From Nemertoderma westbladi (Eukaryota; Animalia; Xenacoelomorpha), in contig JAUCBJ010002317.1 in assembly GCA_032718475.1 (NCBI GenBank), positions 1 to 64,000 on the forward strand: 64,000 bases of DNA, in the 5' to 3' direction. Within the stretch, counting starts at the first letter, position 1, and each line of letters opens with the position of its first letter. Below, one piece after another: positions 1 to 12,379 of this stretch. The notes beneath the pieces were generated by a model that had not been told where the DNA came from, searched no databases, and saw only the letters and a program-made list of their open reading frames with translations. Both the position numbers and the translations under genes were made by a program.

Positions 1-813
1 CACTCTACTCTACAACCCAGGCAGTATCAACAAAACATTAACTGGTTTAGCTAGCTATTACAGTCTCAGCTGAATAACTTTTCCCAATGCATCCTTGCTA
101 TGTTAATTAATTGGCGTGCAAGCTAAATGACTGTTAGTTACACAGTGTGTTGGCTACTATTGATAGTACTGTGCTCTCTAGCTCTCATCTAATTATTGTT
201 TTATTTTAAAATCTTTGTGCCAACATTAATACTGTGGAAGCTGTATGTTGATAAGGCTGAATGTTTACTCAGCCTCATAATGATTCTCCATAATGCTAAC
301 ATTATAGTTTGAAATATAAAAATCTGTTATAATAATAATATAATTGTTGTATTTAATTAATATCGTTGTGGCTTACATTGAACAGTGTAAATTGTTAATC
401 GCGGTTTACATTAAAACATCTCAACTTGTTTTATTTATTACAAACATAAGAACGAATTTGTCTTATCACTTCTTGTGCGCGATTGTATATTGAATTCATG
501 ACAACTGCTGTTATTATTATTAATCAATTGACACTTCGACTCCTCTCTGACAGCTCTATCGCTACGATGATAAGTTGACATAATGTAACAAAATTACATA
601 CATCATTGCTTGCAAACGTCACTTTTCAGCGTTAAAGACCCTTGTTTATTTATTTATGTAAACCTCCCTCGCTGCGCTCGCTCGGTACATAAATAAACCG
701 GGTCATAACGCTGTAAAGTGCTACTTTGCACACAATGATGTAAATAGTGTTTTTTACTTGACTCGTACTGTCTCCCACAACTTGCTTCACGGGCCGCTAA
801 GGCCCGTCTCTAG
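1..813 (+). mobile_element. 3' portion of a non-autonomous Helitron2/Helentron-type (HINE-like) element, same family as the 29350-63690 array
   Basis: About 55-320 aligns by eye, same strand, with 40540-40820 (CTCAGCTGAATAACT..TTCCCAATGC..GTTACACAGTGTGTTGG..AATGTTTACTCAGCCTCATA..CTAACATTATAGTTTGAAATAT). It ends with ACTTGCTT + hairpin CGGGCC-GCTAA-GGCCCG + TCT-CTAG (810-813) followed by TT. The 5' end lies outside the window. Confidence 0.7.
599..742. mobile_element. Short palindromic MITE-like element nested in the HINE remnant
   Basis: Imperfect ~60-bp arms TACATCATTG..TGCAAA..ACTTT.CAGCGTTA..GACC..GTTTATTTA / TAAATAAAC..GGTC.TAACGCTG.AAAGT..TTTGCA..CAATGATGTA around a GC core CCTCGCTGCGCTCGCTCGG. 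Confidence 0.65.
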
Positions 814-1039
814 TTATCTAATACAGAAAGACCCCTCAGAAGAATAAACTGCTCTTTTGGGCCGTTTCTCCAGTTGCGGATATGGATAACATTTCACACA
901 TCATCGCAGTAATTGTGATTATTATTGGTTTGCCAAGGCGAATGTGTATTACATTAGATGGGAGGGAGTTTTTTGGTTGATGCAAGTCATTATTGGTTTG
1001 CTTCTTCCAATCCCATATGTTTCTTGGAGTCTGTGTAAG

Positions 1040-1075
1040 ACAGGTTCGTTTAAAGCCATCTTGATGGCGTTCTAG
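1040..1075 (+). mobile_element. Isolated 3' terminus of a HINE (family of 7008-7877)
   Basis: CAGGTTCGTTTAAAGCCATC-TT-GATGGCGTT-CTAG matches the 3' end at 7841-7877 (GGCAGGTTCGTTTAAAGCCAG-CTTC-CTGGCTTT-CTAG). Confidence 0.6.
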
Positions 1076-2907
1076 TACGAAAATGAATATATTATGTCCC
1101 TCTGTAGGAAGAATAGGAGGTATATAATGTATAACATACATTTATACATCTGTTCACTTTATGAAGGGATGAATATTCTTCATATGTCGGGTGATAATTT
1201 ACTGAGCGTAGGATAGCGTCCTACAGGAGTTAGGCCCGTTACCGGTACACCCGTTATATGTGATTACTTTCATTATCTAGCCTGTGTACTGTACCGGAGG
1301 CCTACATAGGTGACAGTTAGCCTACAGTTACCGGAATTTCGAACCGCTGTTTAATGATAAACGGGAATCGCGGTACAGGTAAGCAACACAATCTGCACAC
1401 CGTCATTTTTTTGTAACAATCTTTACTGTTTTTCAATTATAATGATAAGTACCGGTAGACCATCTAGAGCAAGGAATTTAATGGTTAGCATTTAATTTCT
1501 AATACATAAAATCCTTTATTTTAATTAATTATTTCCATTGTCTAATAAAATTACATAGCCTGCCCACTCAAAGTAGTAGTCCACAAATTGATAAGATTCC
1601 ATTTATCGCCTCCGCGGGAATGCGGTGTGAGGGACCTGTAAACAAAGTTGGGTCGTTCGAGTTTCAGGATTAATCTCGTCACATACTTGCATAAAACCCT
1701 CCTTTTCAATTATATTAGCTAATGTAGCCTCAGTAAAAATGTTACATTCACGAATATGATACATTTTATCGATTATTTTTCGGATATTATTTGATTTAAA
1801 TTTCAATACAGTGTCGAGGTGTTTGGCTGCCAATCACTGGCGCAACAAAGGGCCAAGGGCGTGGGAGATTTAGCCATAATATTATTGGTTATTCATTATT
1901 TATAGCTGTTGTAATCGCTTCTGGTGCTTCTTAGCAATACACACGTCCAACCCATTCGCAACAAATATAATTATTGAAAATCGTTAGGCCTACAGTAATA
2001 CATATAGGTTAAAATCCTGTCTGTGTTGCTTTTTCGTGTTAACGGAACTTGGGGACATGTTTTGCTGTCGGAATGTTTCAACGCTTCAGTATGCAGATTT
2101 ATACGTACAGTACGTACATGTACAGTTATTGGAAGTTTGGGTGAATGAGTCGCTTAATATTATTATATAATTTTGTTAAATACAACTTAGCTAAACGAGT
2201 AATTATGCACTCCTTTTTATCTAGGTGATTGGATTAAAAGTTAAAGTACATTCGGGTGAGCACAGTGGCTGTATATGATTGGAATTGAAAAGATTGGAGG
2301 TCATGATGATGTCGCAATCTTTTCTCTGAGCTGCTATCACAATAATTCTCAGAGACTTCCAACCTGAAGGACCCCAGTTCGATCCCCACACGACGTAAAT
2401 ACCATATTTGGTAAGCTGTGACCATCAAAAAATTAGTTTAAGTAAAATAATTATGCGACTGTGCAGTTGGCGGCTACTGAATAAGCGATGCTGGTTATTA
2501 ATAAATTAATTAATCGTTCCCCTTAATCAGCCAGATTAACTTACCCATAATTGCCCGGTAGTTAATTCCACCAACATACAGCTTACGAAGAGAATGATAA
2601 TACGGGATCGATTCATTGTGTCTGAAATGTTAGAAAATATTTGGCTATTAATGTAATAATGATATATGGCATCACAAATGGCTCAAAATCCAATATTTAT
2701 ACATTCAATCAGTATAGACATTCAATCAATTTTATTATTGAAATCAAGAACATAGAATACCCATTGAGAATATGGGGTGGGGTGCTGGGGGGACTACAGT
2801 AGACAATCATATTTGAAACCTCTTTAGGGGAAACTCAGAGAAAAACAGCTGTTTCGACCAAAAATTAAACTTATCGTTATTGTTTTGGTTAGAGTAATAT
2901 GCCACTG

Positions 2908-3116
2908 TGTTCAGAAATGGAGAAAATGAGAAAGCGCGTCACCGGGAAGTGGAAATGAAGTGGAAATAAAAAAGTGGAATAAATAGAAAGGAGAATGTCA
3001 GGGGAGAGTGGCTGAACCTATTAGCGCTACTGAAGAGGCCTGATAGGTCGAAACGTACACATAGCGCTAGTTCAAAGCCCGGTGACGCGCTTTCTCATTT
3101 TTTCCATTTCTGAACA
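2908..3116 (+). mobile_element. Penelope-like pLTR/retrozyme-type remnant: 39-bp inverted repeats enclosing a hammerhead-like motif
   Basis: 2908-2946 (TGTTCAGAAATGGAGAAAATGAGAAAGCGCGTCACCGGG) is the reverse complement of 3078-3116 with one mismatch. Hammerhead core lies between them. Confidence 0.55.
3013..3074 (+). ncRNA. Minimal type I hammerhead ribozyme-like motif, probably degenerate
   Basis: Stem I TAGCGCTA (3022-3029) / TAGCGCTA (3062-3069), extended by TGAAC/GTTCA. Core CUGAAGA (3030-3036), stem II GGCCU-GAU-AGGUC, then GAAA (3050-3053). Stem III reads ACGUACAC-A rather than the palindromic ACGUACGU-A needed for an in-register NUH cleavage site. Confidence 0.6.
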
Positions 3117-6100
3117 ACTTGTTATAATATCATTCATTAAAGTTGCATTAACAGCTCAACCACAATTCATTTATTTAAAGTGTTTAACTAACTCCTTTAA
3201 TTCTTAATTATTATTATTTTTTAATTATTAATTTTAATTAACTCCGATCAGTTGAGATGTGAGTTGCATCAGCAGCCCTCCTCTCGTCTACATACCATAC
3301 CTCACTTGTATGTACTTGTGAGATGAAGTGGCGCTTTTTTTCGGACCTTCGTCCTATTTGGAACTTCATCCCATTCTGATATTGGATTGATAATAAATTG
3401 TTATTTTCCGCTGAAGGTAGAAGCATAAGGTCACCAGTAATCTATTGTGTTGGGGTAAACACTTCCTACATGTAAGCAGTCCATTTAGTTGTCTATAGAC
3501 GCATTCTGGGGAAAGTGGTTACAAACCTCGTTATTTTAGTCAAGTAATTGATTAAAGCATGCTAAGGATGGCATGAAGTGATATGAACACTTCCTGTATT
3601 TCCCTAGAGGTTTCCCTCTCAGACGATCCTTGAGGCTAATGAATGTGACTGTACGAACTTCGTTAACGTTTTCTTGTACGCAGATTAGCAATTCTTTGCG
3701 CGAAATCTCGTTCATAATTAAACCAATGCAATGATGACTTACCTTACTGAATTATACCGCCAGTGATTTTAATAATCACGTTGAAGTACTTACTTCTTTG
3801 AAATAAAATCTCCATATAACAACAATATAAAGATGTTACTCTAACCAGTAACACTGATTGATGAAAATAGGAGATCAGGTTTAAAGCCTTGGTCGTAAAT
3901 CAACAAATTTAATCAACGATCTACTAACACTACAGTAGTAAGTCGAGTCGAGTAATACAGTTAGTTTTACCTTTCTATTTTAAGATTTTTGGTGAGCTTT
4001 GCACTCAAGGGCCAACATAGCTAAGATAATTATATTCCTTGTTCCATTCTAACGTGTGCTTTTTATGGTCTAGGCTCTACGCTAAGTTCAAGTCTACTTT
4101 ACAAATTGATAGATTTTTGGGATGTCGTAAACTGCTGACCGACAACGCAATTTTGATTCCGTCCGCCTTTCAGAATGGTTGAAGGGTCAGGCATAACCAG
4201 GAGGTCATGTTTATGACACCACCTAGACGCCTAAGCCCAAAGGCATCTTTTAATACAGGCCACGCAGCCGAGATTTAGGGTAAATTAGCGTAGGCTGAAG
4301 CGTAGGTAGGCCTATTATAAAGGACGCATTGCCTAAGCCCAACCAATAATTATATATGGCGATTTCCAGATAGAACATGCGGACAAATGGAATTCAATGC
4401 AAGAGTTTCTTTAGGACATCGGGCGTCCTTCATCGTCAATCGACATGGCTACGGTATTGATAAAACGATGGGAGCGAAATAAATGGAATATCGACTTCAA
4501 GCTCTGTGATATATATAATGTATATACAAAGGCTAATTTAGTTTAGAGTAGAGTGGGTTGTGTTACTAGTTCTTAATTTTCTGATTATGATTTCTATTGA
4601 AAAACTTAAGACAAGTTTCGAGGTATTTTTTTCCTTAAGTGTCAGCTGTAATTTGTAAACTGATACACGGTGTATTGGATTCCATAGGTCATGGTGTGTA
4701 GGATTACAAGCTATTTGAATCCTAACCGTGTGACCGGCGTGTTTATGGGGATACCGGATATTCCCCAGTCCACCGGTCGTCGCTCGTAAATTACTGCTGC
4801 ATAGTTACATCCCTTACATCGTTAACCCGATCGCATAATGAAAGCCGAGAATGTGTAATACAAATCTATTTGTATGGTAAGATTAGTGTGCAGCTTATAA
4901 TTTTGATTATATTATCCATTTTCTTTCATTGTTCTACTGGATATAAATGATTTGCTTATGAACTAGTGTTCTTACTCATAAACATGGAACAAGAAATAAT
5001 TATTTTAAATACCAATATTTAAAACGAATTTGCATTATAATTAATGCCTTTAAAACATCTTAACTTCTATAGATTAATTAGTAAACTACATATCAGCTGC
5101 ACCACCGGCATGCATCGCCGGCAGGCTCTGCCACTACCACGGATCGCTATCAGGCAAGTATCATTAGCATGTGTGCTTGATTTCTGCTACCTATGATCAT
5201 GGATCCGAAAGTCAGGTGAAGACCTTCGAATCGAATGATATTGCCACCCAAATCATAAACTTGCTTGCAAGACATTCATTGTCTAACATGCGTGAAATAT
5301 TATAAGACGTGATAGGAAGCACAGCTACACAGCTTAAACAAACGTATGCAGTGCGTCCTGCAACGGATCGTCATCACAGCACAGCATGATGACTTGCAAA
5401 TTGCTCTTCAAACAATTTCATGCAAATTGTAAACAGCATTGCAAGTTATTGCATTGCATGGCAAGACCAGTTATGGCACCTGCTTGACAAGCAACAACGC
5501 AGCATGGCATGTTATAGGTCGATACGTCCTGCCGTATCACATGTCGACCTTGGTATGCAATAGGATGTAATAAAGTAACATGGTATAGTCGGCATGGTAC
5601 ATAACTGTAATTCATCGGTGTGTATTATAACCTGTGATAAGGTCGCATTACATGGACAATCGCCCGTGTATTGCGGGTGCATGGATGGCATGGCTTTTAA
5701 TTTTGTTGAAATAGATCTGAATTTGAAGAGATTGATTACAAACCAGCTGGCTGTACTGGCTGTACCGACTGGCTACTGGCGTTTCAAGTGTTTATGTCCG
5801 GTAATTGATGCTAGGATCTAATGAAATCTGTTCACCGAGTGTAACAATCAGTAGACAACAGGAAGGCCGGTATGGCTACACTAGGGCATCGATCTACGAT
5901 AGGGCATGGCAATATCACAACGGGTCAGCACGGCATTTCATGCCATGTTGTAGAAAGTCATTATATTTCATGGCACAGGAAGACATAAGACCATAGAGCA
6001 TTGCACATCATTGCTTGTCCAGCAAATGTGGTATGATATTGCAAAAAAGTGGTATGATATTGCGAGCACTGCGCTGTGCATTCATTGGCCAGCCTCTTAT

Positions 6101-6893
6101 TGCAGAGAAACCCCATATTTTCGGGTTGGTTCAAAGGGTAGAGAGAGTCAGTCAAAGGATTGAAGGAGTCAAAGGGTCGGAAGAGTGAAAGAGACGAAAA
6201 GGAAGTGCGAAAGGTTTTGGAAGATTCGTAAAGAAACATTTTTTATTTTATTATTATACTCCATTCCCACAATTGGTAACAACATAGTTTATTATTTTGG
6301 TTAGAAAAATAATAATATGTTATTGTTTGTCAGTGTTGTTTGTCCTTTTCGACCTTTTTACTCATATTTCGGACCTTTGACTTATTCGGCACTTTTTCCT
6401 GAATCAATATTATGGACATATCATGGTATTATATTCTTGAGCTATGTAGACAATCAAAGCCATCACATCATTTCCATGATAATTCATAGCAACAGGCGTG
6501 ACAACTCATATGCAATGCACGTCATGGCATGATAGAACACAACATAAACATGGTATTCGAAGATATTAATCCGTTGTCTTTAATTCGTATCTATGGTTAC
6601 AGAAGTTCCATTTACATAAGTGATTTAAAAGGGTTAATCATAGAGCTCATCATTTCTGCCATTAACCTTGTAATAATAATAATAATATTGATGATTTATA
6701 TAGCCCTTTTCTTTATTATTATTTAGTTATTACAGTTTTGGTTAGAAACACTGTCTTTGTAACCGCCCCTTTCATAACCGCCCAATTCAGACAATAGGAA
6801 AAGTAACAAAAAAAATACTCTTAACAGTTTTTGTGTGAAACCTCCCCACTTACTCGTATTGTAACTGGTGCCTACACTACACCCAGTATTGTA

Positions 6894-8127
6894 CAGGGGT
6901 TGGAACTCTATTTCAGTTTCTATTTTCCCTGACTGCCCCTGACATTTCCCTGACTTTTTGAAAAAATTCCCTGACTGAACTTTACATTTGATTTCTACCA
7001 ATATTTATTATAACGAACCTGCCTATTAATAGGCCAGGGTAGTTCTTGTCAAGAGTTGAGCCGTTCAAAAACACGATGTGTTGGGTTGGTTGTGTGTGTG
7101 TGTATGTATAACCATCCAATATCTCAAAAACTCAAGCAGGTACGCAACAATTTTAATAACAAACTCTACATAAATTTTGGTTGCGCACAAGACTGTATAT
7201 TTTTGTGGCGTTTCGATCACGGGGTCACTGAAAAATAGCGGTTTTGAAAATTCGAATCGAAAACAGTCGAATTTCACCGATTTCAACTCGTCGAGTATGC
7301 ACCAACGTTTTTATTTGGGCTATTCAGTCATGTGAGCAACATATTTGAGCCTTAGAATCTTTTCAAATATCGCCACTCTCGCACAGAACGTCGCCAAAAT
7401 TCGTCTAAAAGAGTATATTATTGGTTGCAGAATAATATGATTCAACTAGAAAAGCCAGTAAGCTGGCTATAAGGAGACCGTCCATAGACAAACGTAGTGT
7501 TAGTTGTGTCCCTCCTTATTTATTATCATCAACCTAAAATACATTTGAACGGCCCAGTACTTACAATGATATTCCCAAAGAATTCACTGGGAAGAGCTAT
7601 TCAGATGGGGGGTAATACATTATACAAACTTACAGTTGATGTTTGATTACTGTCTGGGATTGAGTGAGAGAGTAATAAATTTGGCAAGTAATATACTTCT
7701 GTGCAGTTTGGGCCTATCCATTCAATAAATAGTAGTAGCTTACTAGGCCCTCATGAGTACCAGCAGCTGGTGTTTCTATCGTTGAGTTGATGGCAATTTT
7801 CGTGTTTTCGTTTTCGCTCACTCAGGGTACTGGTTTGAGGGGCAGGTTCGTTTAAAGCCAGCTTCCTGGCTTTCTAGTTGAATAATATATAAAGAATTCT
7901 GAATTTATATTTATATTTAGCGACGTGAGGAAATGAAATGGCGAGCCAAACAAGCTGAAGTTTTTTACACATTTTCTCATATGACATATATCCTGGATAT
8001 ATATCACATTCCCTGACTCTTCCCTGATTTGTCCATTTTTTTCTAGGATTCCCTGACGTTTCAAGAAAAAATTTTATTCCCTGACTTTTCCAGGTATTCC
8101 AAGTATTCCAGGTGAGTGGCAACCCTG
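6894..8127. mobile_element. Non-autonomous TIR DNA transposon with 5-bp TSD (hAT5-like)
   Basis: Imperfect TIRs CAGGGGTTGGAACTC (6894-) / GAGTGGCAACCCTG (-8127). TTGTA directly flanks both ends (6889-6893, 8128-8132). Subterminal TTCCCTGAC motifs recur near both ends. Superfamily assignment is inference from the CAGGG ends and 5-bp TSD. Confidence 0.7.
7008..7877 (+). mobile_element. Complete HINE-like (Helitron2/Helentron non-autonomous) element nested in the TIR element
   Basis: 5' TTATAACGAACCTGCC is complementary to subterminal GGCAGGTTCGTT (7841-7852). Also a 5' hairpin (GCCTATTAATAGGC), a GT-rich microsatellite near 7090-7110, the 3' hairpin AAAGCCAG-CTTC-CTGGCTTT, and a terminal CTAG followed by TT. 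Confidence 0.75.
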
Positions 8128-11100
8128 TTGTAACCGCCTACACTACACCCAGTATTGTAAGCGCCTACACTACACCCAGTATTGTAACCGCCTACACTAC
8201 ACCCAGTATTGTAACCGCCTACACTACACCCAGTATTGTAACCGCCTACACTACACCCAGTATTGTAACCGCCTACACTACACCCAGTATTGTAACCGCC
8301 TACACTACACCCAGTATTGTAACCGGCTACACTACACCCAGTATTGTAACCGCCTACACTACACCCAGTATTGTAACCGCCTACACTGCACCCAGTATTG
8401 TAACCGCCTTCACTACACCCAGTATTGTAACCGTCTACACTACACCCAGTATTGTAACCGTCTACACTACACCCAGTATTGTAAGCGCCTACACTACACC
8501 CAGTATTGTAACCGCCTACACTACACCCAGTATTGTAACCGCCTACACTACACCCAGTATTGTAACCGCCTACACTACACCCAGTATTGTAACCGCCTAC
8601 ACTACACCCAGTATTGTAACCGGCTACACTACACCCAGTATTGTAACCGCCTTCACTACACCCAGTATTGTAACCGTCTACACTACACCCAGTATTGTAA
8701 CCGCCTACACTACACCCAGTATTGTAACCGCCTACACTACACCCAGTATTGTAACCGCCTACACTACACCCAGTATTGTAACCGCCTACACTACACCCAG
8801 TATTGTAACCGCCTACACTACACCCAGTATTGTAACCGCCTACACTACACCCAGTATTGTAACCGCCTACACTACACCCAGTATTGTAACCGCCTACACT
8901 ACACCCAGTATTGTAACCGGCTACACTACACCCAGTATTGTAACCGCCTACACTACACCCAGTATTGTAACCGCCTACACTGCACCCAGTATTGTAACCG
9001 CCTTCACTACACCCAGTATTGTAACCGCCTACACTACACCCAGTATTGTAACCGCCTACACTACACCCAGTATTGTAACCGCCTACACTACACCCAGTAT
9101 TGTAACCGCCTACACTACACCCAGTATTGTAACCGCCTACACTACACCCAGTATTGTAACCGCCTACACTACACCCAGTATTGTAACCGCCTACACTACA
9201 CCCAGTATTGTAACCGGCTACACTACACCCAGTATTGTAACCGCCTACACTGCACCCAGTATTGTAACCGCCTTCACTACACCCAGTATTGTAACCGCCT
9301 TCACTACACCCAGTATTGTAACCGCCTACACTACACCCAGTATTGTAACCGCCTACACTACACCCAGTATTGTAACCGCCTACACTACACCCAGTATTGT
9401 AACCGCCTACACTACACCCAGTATTGTAACCGCCTACACTACACCCAGTATTGTAACCGGCTACACTACACCCAGTATTGTAACCGCCTACACTACACCC
9501 AGTATTGTAACCGCCTACACTACACCCAGTATTGTAACCGCCTACACTACACCCAGTATTGTAACCGCCTACACTACACCCAGTATTGTAACCGCCTACA
9601 CTACACCCAGTATTGTAACCGGCTACACTACACCCAGTATTGTAACCGCCTACACTACACCCAGTATTGTAACCGCCTACACTGCACCCAGTATTGAAAC
9701 CGCCTACACTACACCCAGTATTGTAACCGCCTACACTACACCCAGTATTGTAACCGCCTTCACTACACCCAGTATTGTAACCGCCTACACTACACCCAGT
9801 GTTGTAACCGCCTACACTACACCCAGTATTGTAACCGCCTACACTACACCCAGTATTGTAACCGCCTGCACTACACCCAGTATTGTAACCGCCTACACTA
9901 CACCCAGTATTGTAACCGCCTACACTACACCCAGTATTGTAACCGCCTACACTACACCCAGTATTGTAACCGCCTACACTACACCCAGTATTGTAACCGC
10001 CTACACTACACCCAGTATTGTAACCGCCTACACTACACCCAGTATTGTAACCGCCTACACTACATCCAGTATTGTAACCGCCTACACTACACCCAGTATT
10101 GTAACGCCTACACTACACCCAGTATTGTAACCGCCTACACTACACCCAGTATTGTAACCGCCTACACTACACCCAGTATTGTAACCGGATACACTACACC
10201 CAGTATTGTAACCGCCTACACTACACCCAGTGGTGTAACCGCCTACACTGCACCCAGTATTGAAACCGCCTACACTACACCCAGTATTGTAACCGCCTAC
10301 ACTACACCCAGTATTGTAACCGCCTACACTACACCCAGTGTTGTAACCGCCTACACTACACCCAGTATTGTAACCGGCTACACTACACCCAGTATTGTAA
10401 CCGCCTACACTACACCCAGTATTGTAACCGCCTACACTACAACCAGTATAGTAACCGGCTACACTACACCCAGTATTGTAACCGCCTACACTACACCCAG
10501 TATTGTAACCGCCTACACTACACCCAGTATTGTAACCGCCTACACTACACCCAGTATTGTAACCGCCTACACTACACCCAGTATTGTAACCGCCTACACT
10601 ACACCCAGTATTGTAACCGCCTACACTACACCCAGTATTGTAACCGCCTACACTACACCCAGTATTGTAACCGCCTACACTACACCCAGTATTGTAACCG
10701 CCTACACTACACCCAGTATTGTAACCGCCTACACTACACCCAGTATTGTAACCGCCTACACTACACCCAGTATTGTAACCGCCTACACTACACCCAGTAT
10801 TGTAACCGCCTACACTACACCCAGTATTGTAACCGCCTACACTACACCCAGTATTGTAACCGCCTACACTACACCCAGTATTGTAACCGCCTACACTACT
10901 CCCAGAATTGTAACCGCCTACACTACACCCAGTATTGTAACCGCCTACACTACATCCAGTATTGTAACCGCCTACACTACACCCAGTATTGTAACCGCCT
11001 ACACTACTCCCAGTATTGTAACCGCCTACACTACCAGTATTGTAACCGCCTACACTACACCCAGTATTGTAACCGCCTACACTACACCCAGTATTGTAAC

Positions 11101-11258
11101 CGGCTACACTACACCCAGTATTGTAACCGCCTACACTACACCCAGTATTGTAACCGCCTACACTACACCCAGTATTGTAACCGCCTACACTACACCCAGT
11201 ATTGTAACCGCCTACACTACACCCAGTATTGTTATTGTAACCGCCTACACTACACCCA
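8128..11258. repeat. 27-bp minisatellite (TTGTAACCGCCTACACTACACCCAGTA)n, ~116 copies
   Basis: Directly visible, near-perfect tandem array with sporadic single-base variants and a few indels (~10105, ~11033, ~11230). One diverged unit lies at 6859-6893, on the other side of the inserted transposon. Confidence 0.98.
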
Positions 11259-12379
11259 TTACTACGGTGGACTTTCTTGATGCAGTGTACCGGTAGTTAG
11301 CACCAGATGAATTCTACATCGACACCCCTCTGAATGTTCTCATCGAAATCTATAATCTACCTGTCTTGTACCGCGGCGCGGTGGGCGGTTCGGATTTCTG
11401 AATCAAATACAGTATTGTTGGATCCGCAGATACCTAGATACAATTTGCTGTATCAGTCTATAGTCGGCACGACCATCTTGGCCCGTAATAAATGGAAAAA
11501 ATTGGGGACAAATTATCTAGTTTAATAGTTGAAATGCAAATACTTACACTATACACTATACTAATACGCAATAATACTAGAATACTCACTCACCTCACGT
11601 AGTTTTCAAGTTGATAGTTATTTATTTCAAAAAAGAATATATGTAACGAAAAAAATACTACAAACCAGATATCAGTATGTTGAACAAAATGTATGAAAAT
11701 TTCGTATTTATAATATTATTTGCCTTTTCATTCATAAGCTAACGCCCATTGGAACTGGAAGAATAGCAGAAATATAGATTCCGTCATTGACCAATAGAAT
11801 GCCAACATTGTATCATTTTTAACCAATAGGAATCCAACAAATATTCTTTAGGTTAACAGAATTTAATTTCCATTAGATATGATTGGCTACGGATTACTTG
11901 GAATAATCAATTAATGGGACCAAACAATGTGATTGGGTGTCAAAGTTTAGGCTGTTTGAGATGATAATACAGATTAGCCCAGCAGGTTACCGGTAACCAC
12001 ATTATATACCTCTAGGATCACCTGACAGATAAGCCACAGGGCCCAATCAATACACATACAATTAAATTATGATAGCAAAAACGCAAGGGAAATGCCATGG
12101 ATGGTTTAGATTATGTCGGTGAAAGCTGATACGTAATTTATTTATCACCACGAACGCCATTTTGAATGTAAATTTTATCAGAATTCGTATAAATTCGTTG
12201 CGACTTTGGTAAGATGGTATAATATTACAATTTTTCTTACTCCTTATTGAAAACCTGTTTAATCCTATGAGTTAAGTGGGTAGGTTGTACTGCTCATACG
12301 AAATTTTTGGAGTGAACAGTACCTCCCATGTGGATTTTTACTAACCATACACCAACACTTCAGATTGTAGTACAGTACC

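Noticed and set aside
2330-2400. Possible tRNA/SINE head (B-box-like GTTCGATCCC near 2377)
   Set aside because: No convincing A-box or cloverleaf; at most a decayed SINE.
6138-6385. Weak inverted repeat (AGTCAAAGG..CGAAAAGGA / TCCTTTTCG..CCTTTGACT)
   Set aside because: Too diverged to define ends or a TSD.
836-6726. Short ORFs of 60-101 aa in the left region
   Set aside because: No recognisable domains or coherent exon structure.
8112-10130. 672-aa mucin-like ORF (TAYTTPSIV)n
   Set aside because: By-product of a stop-free 27-bp unit. It starts at a GTG inside a transposon TIR, variants are mostly non-synonymous, and the array continues through frameshifting indels.
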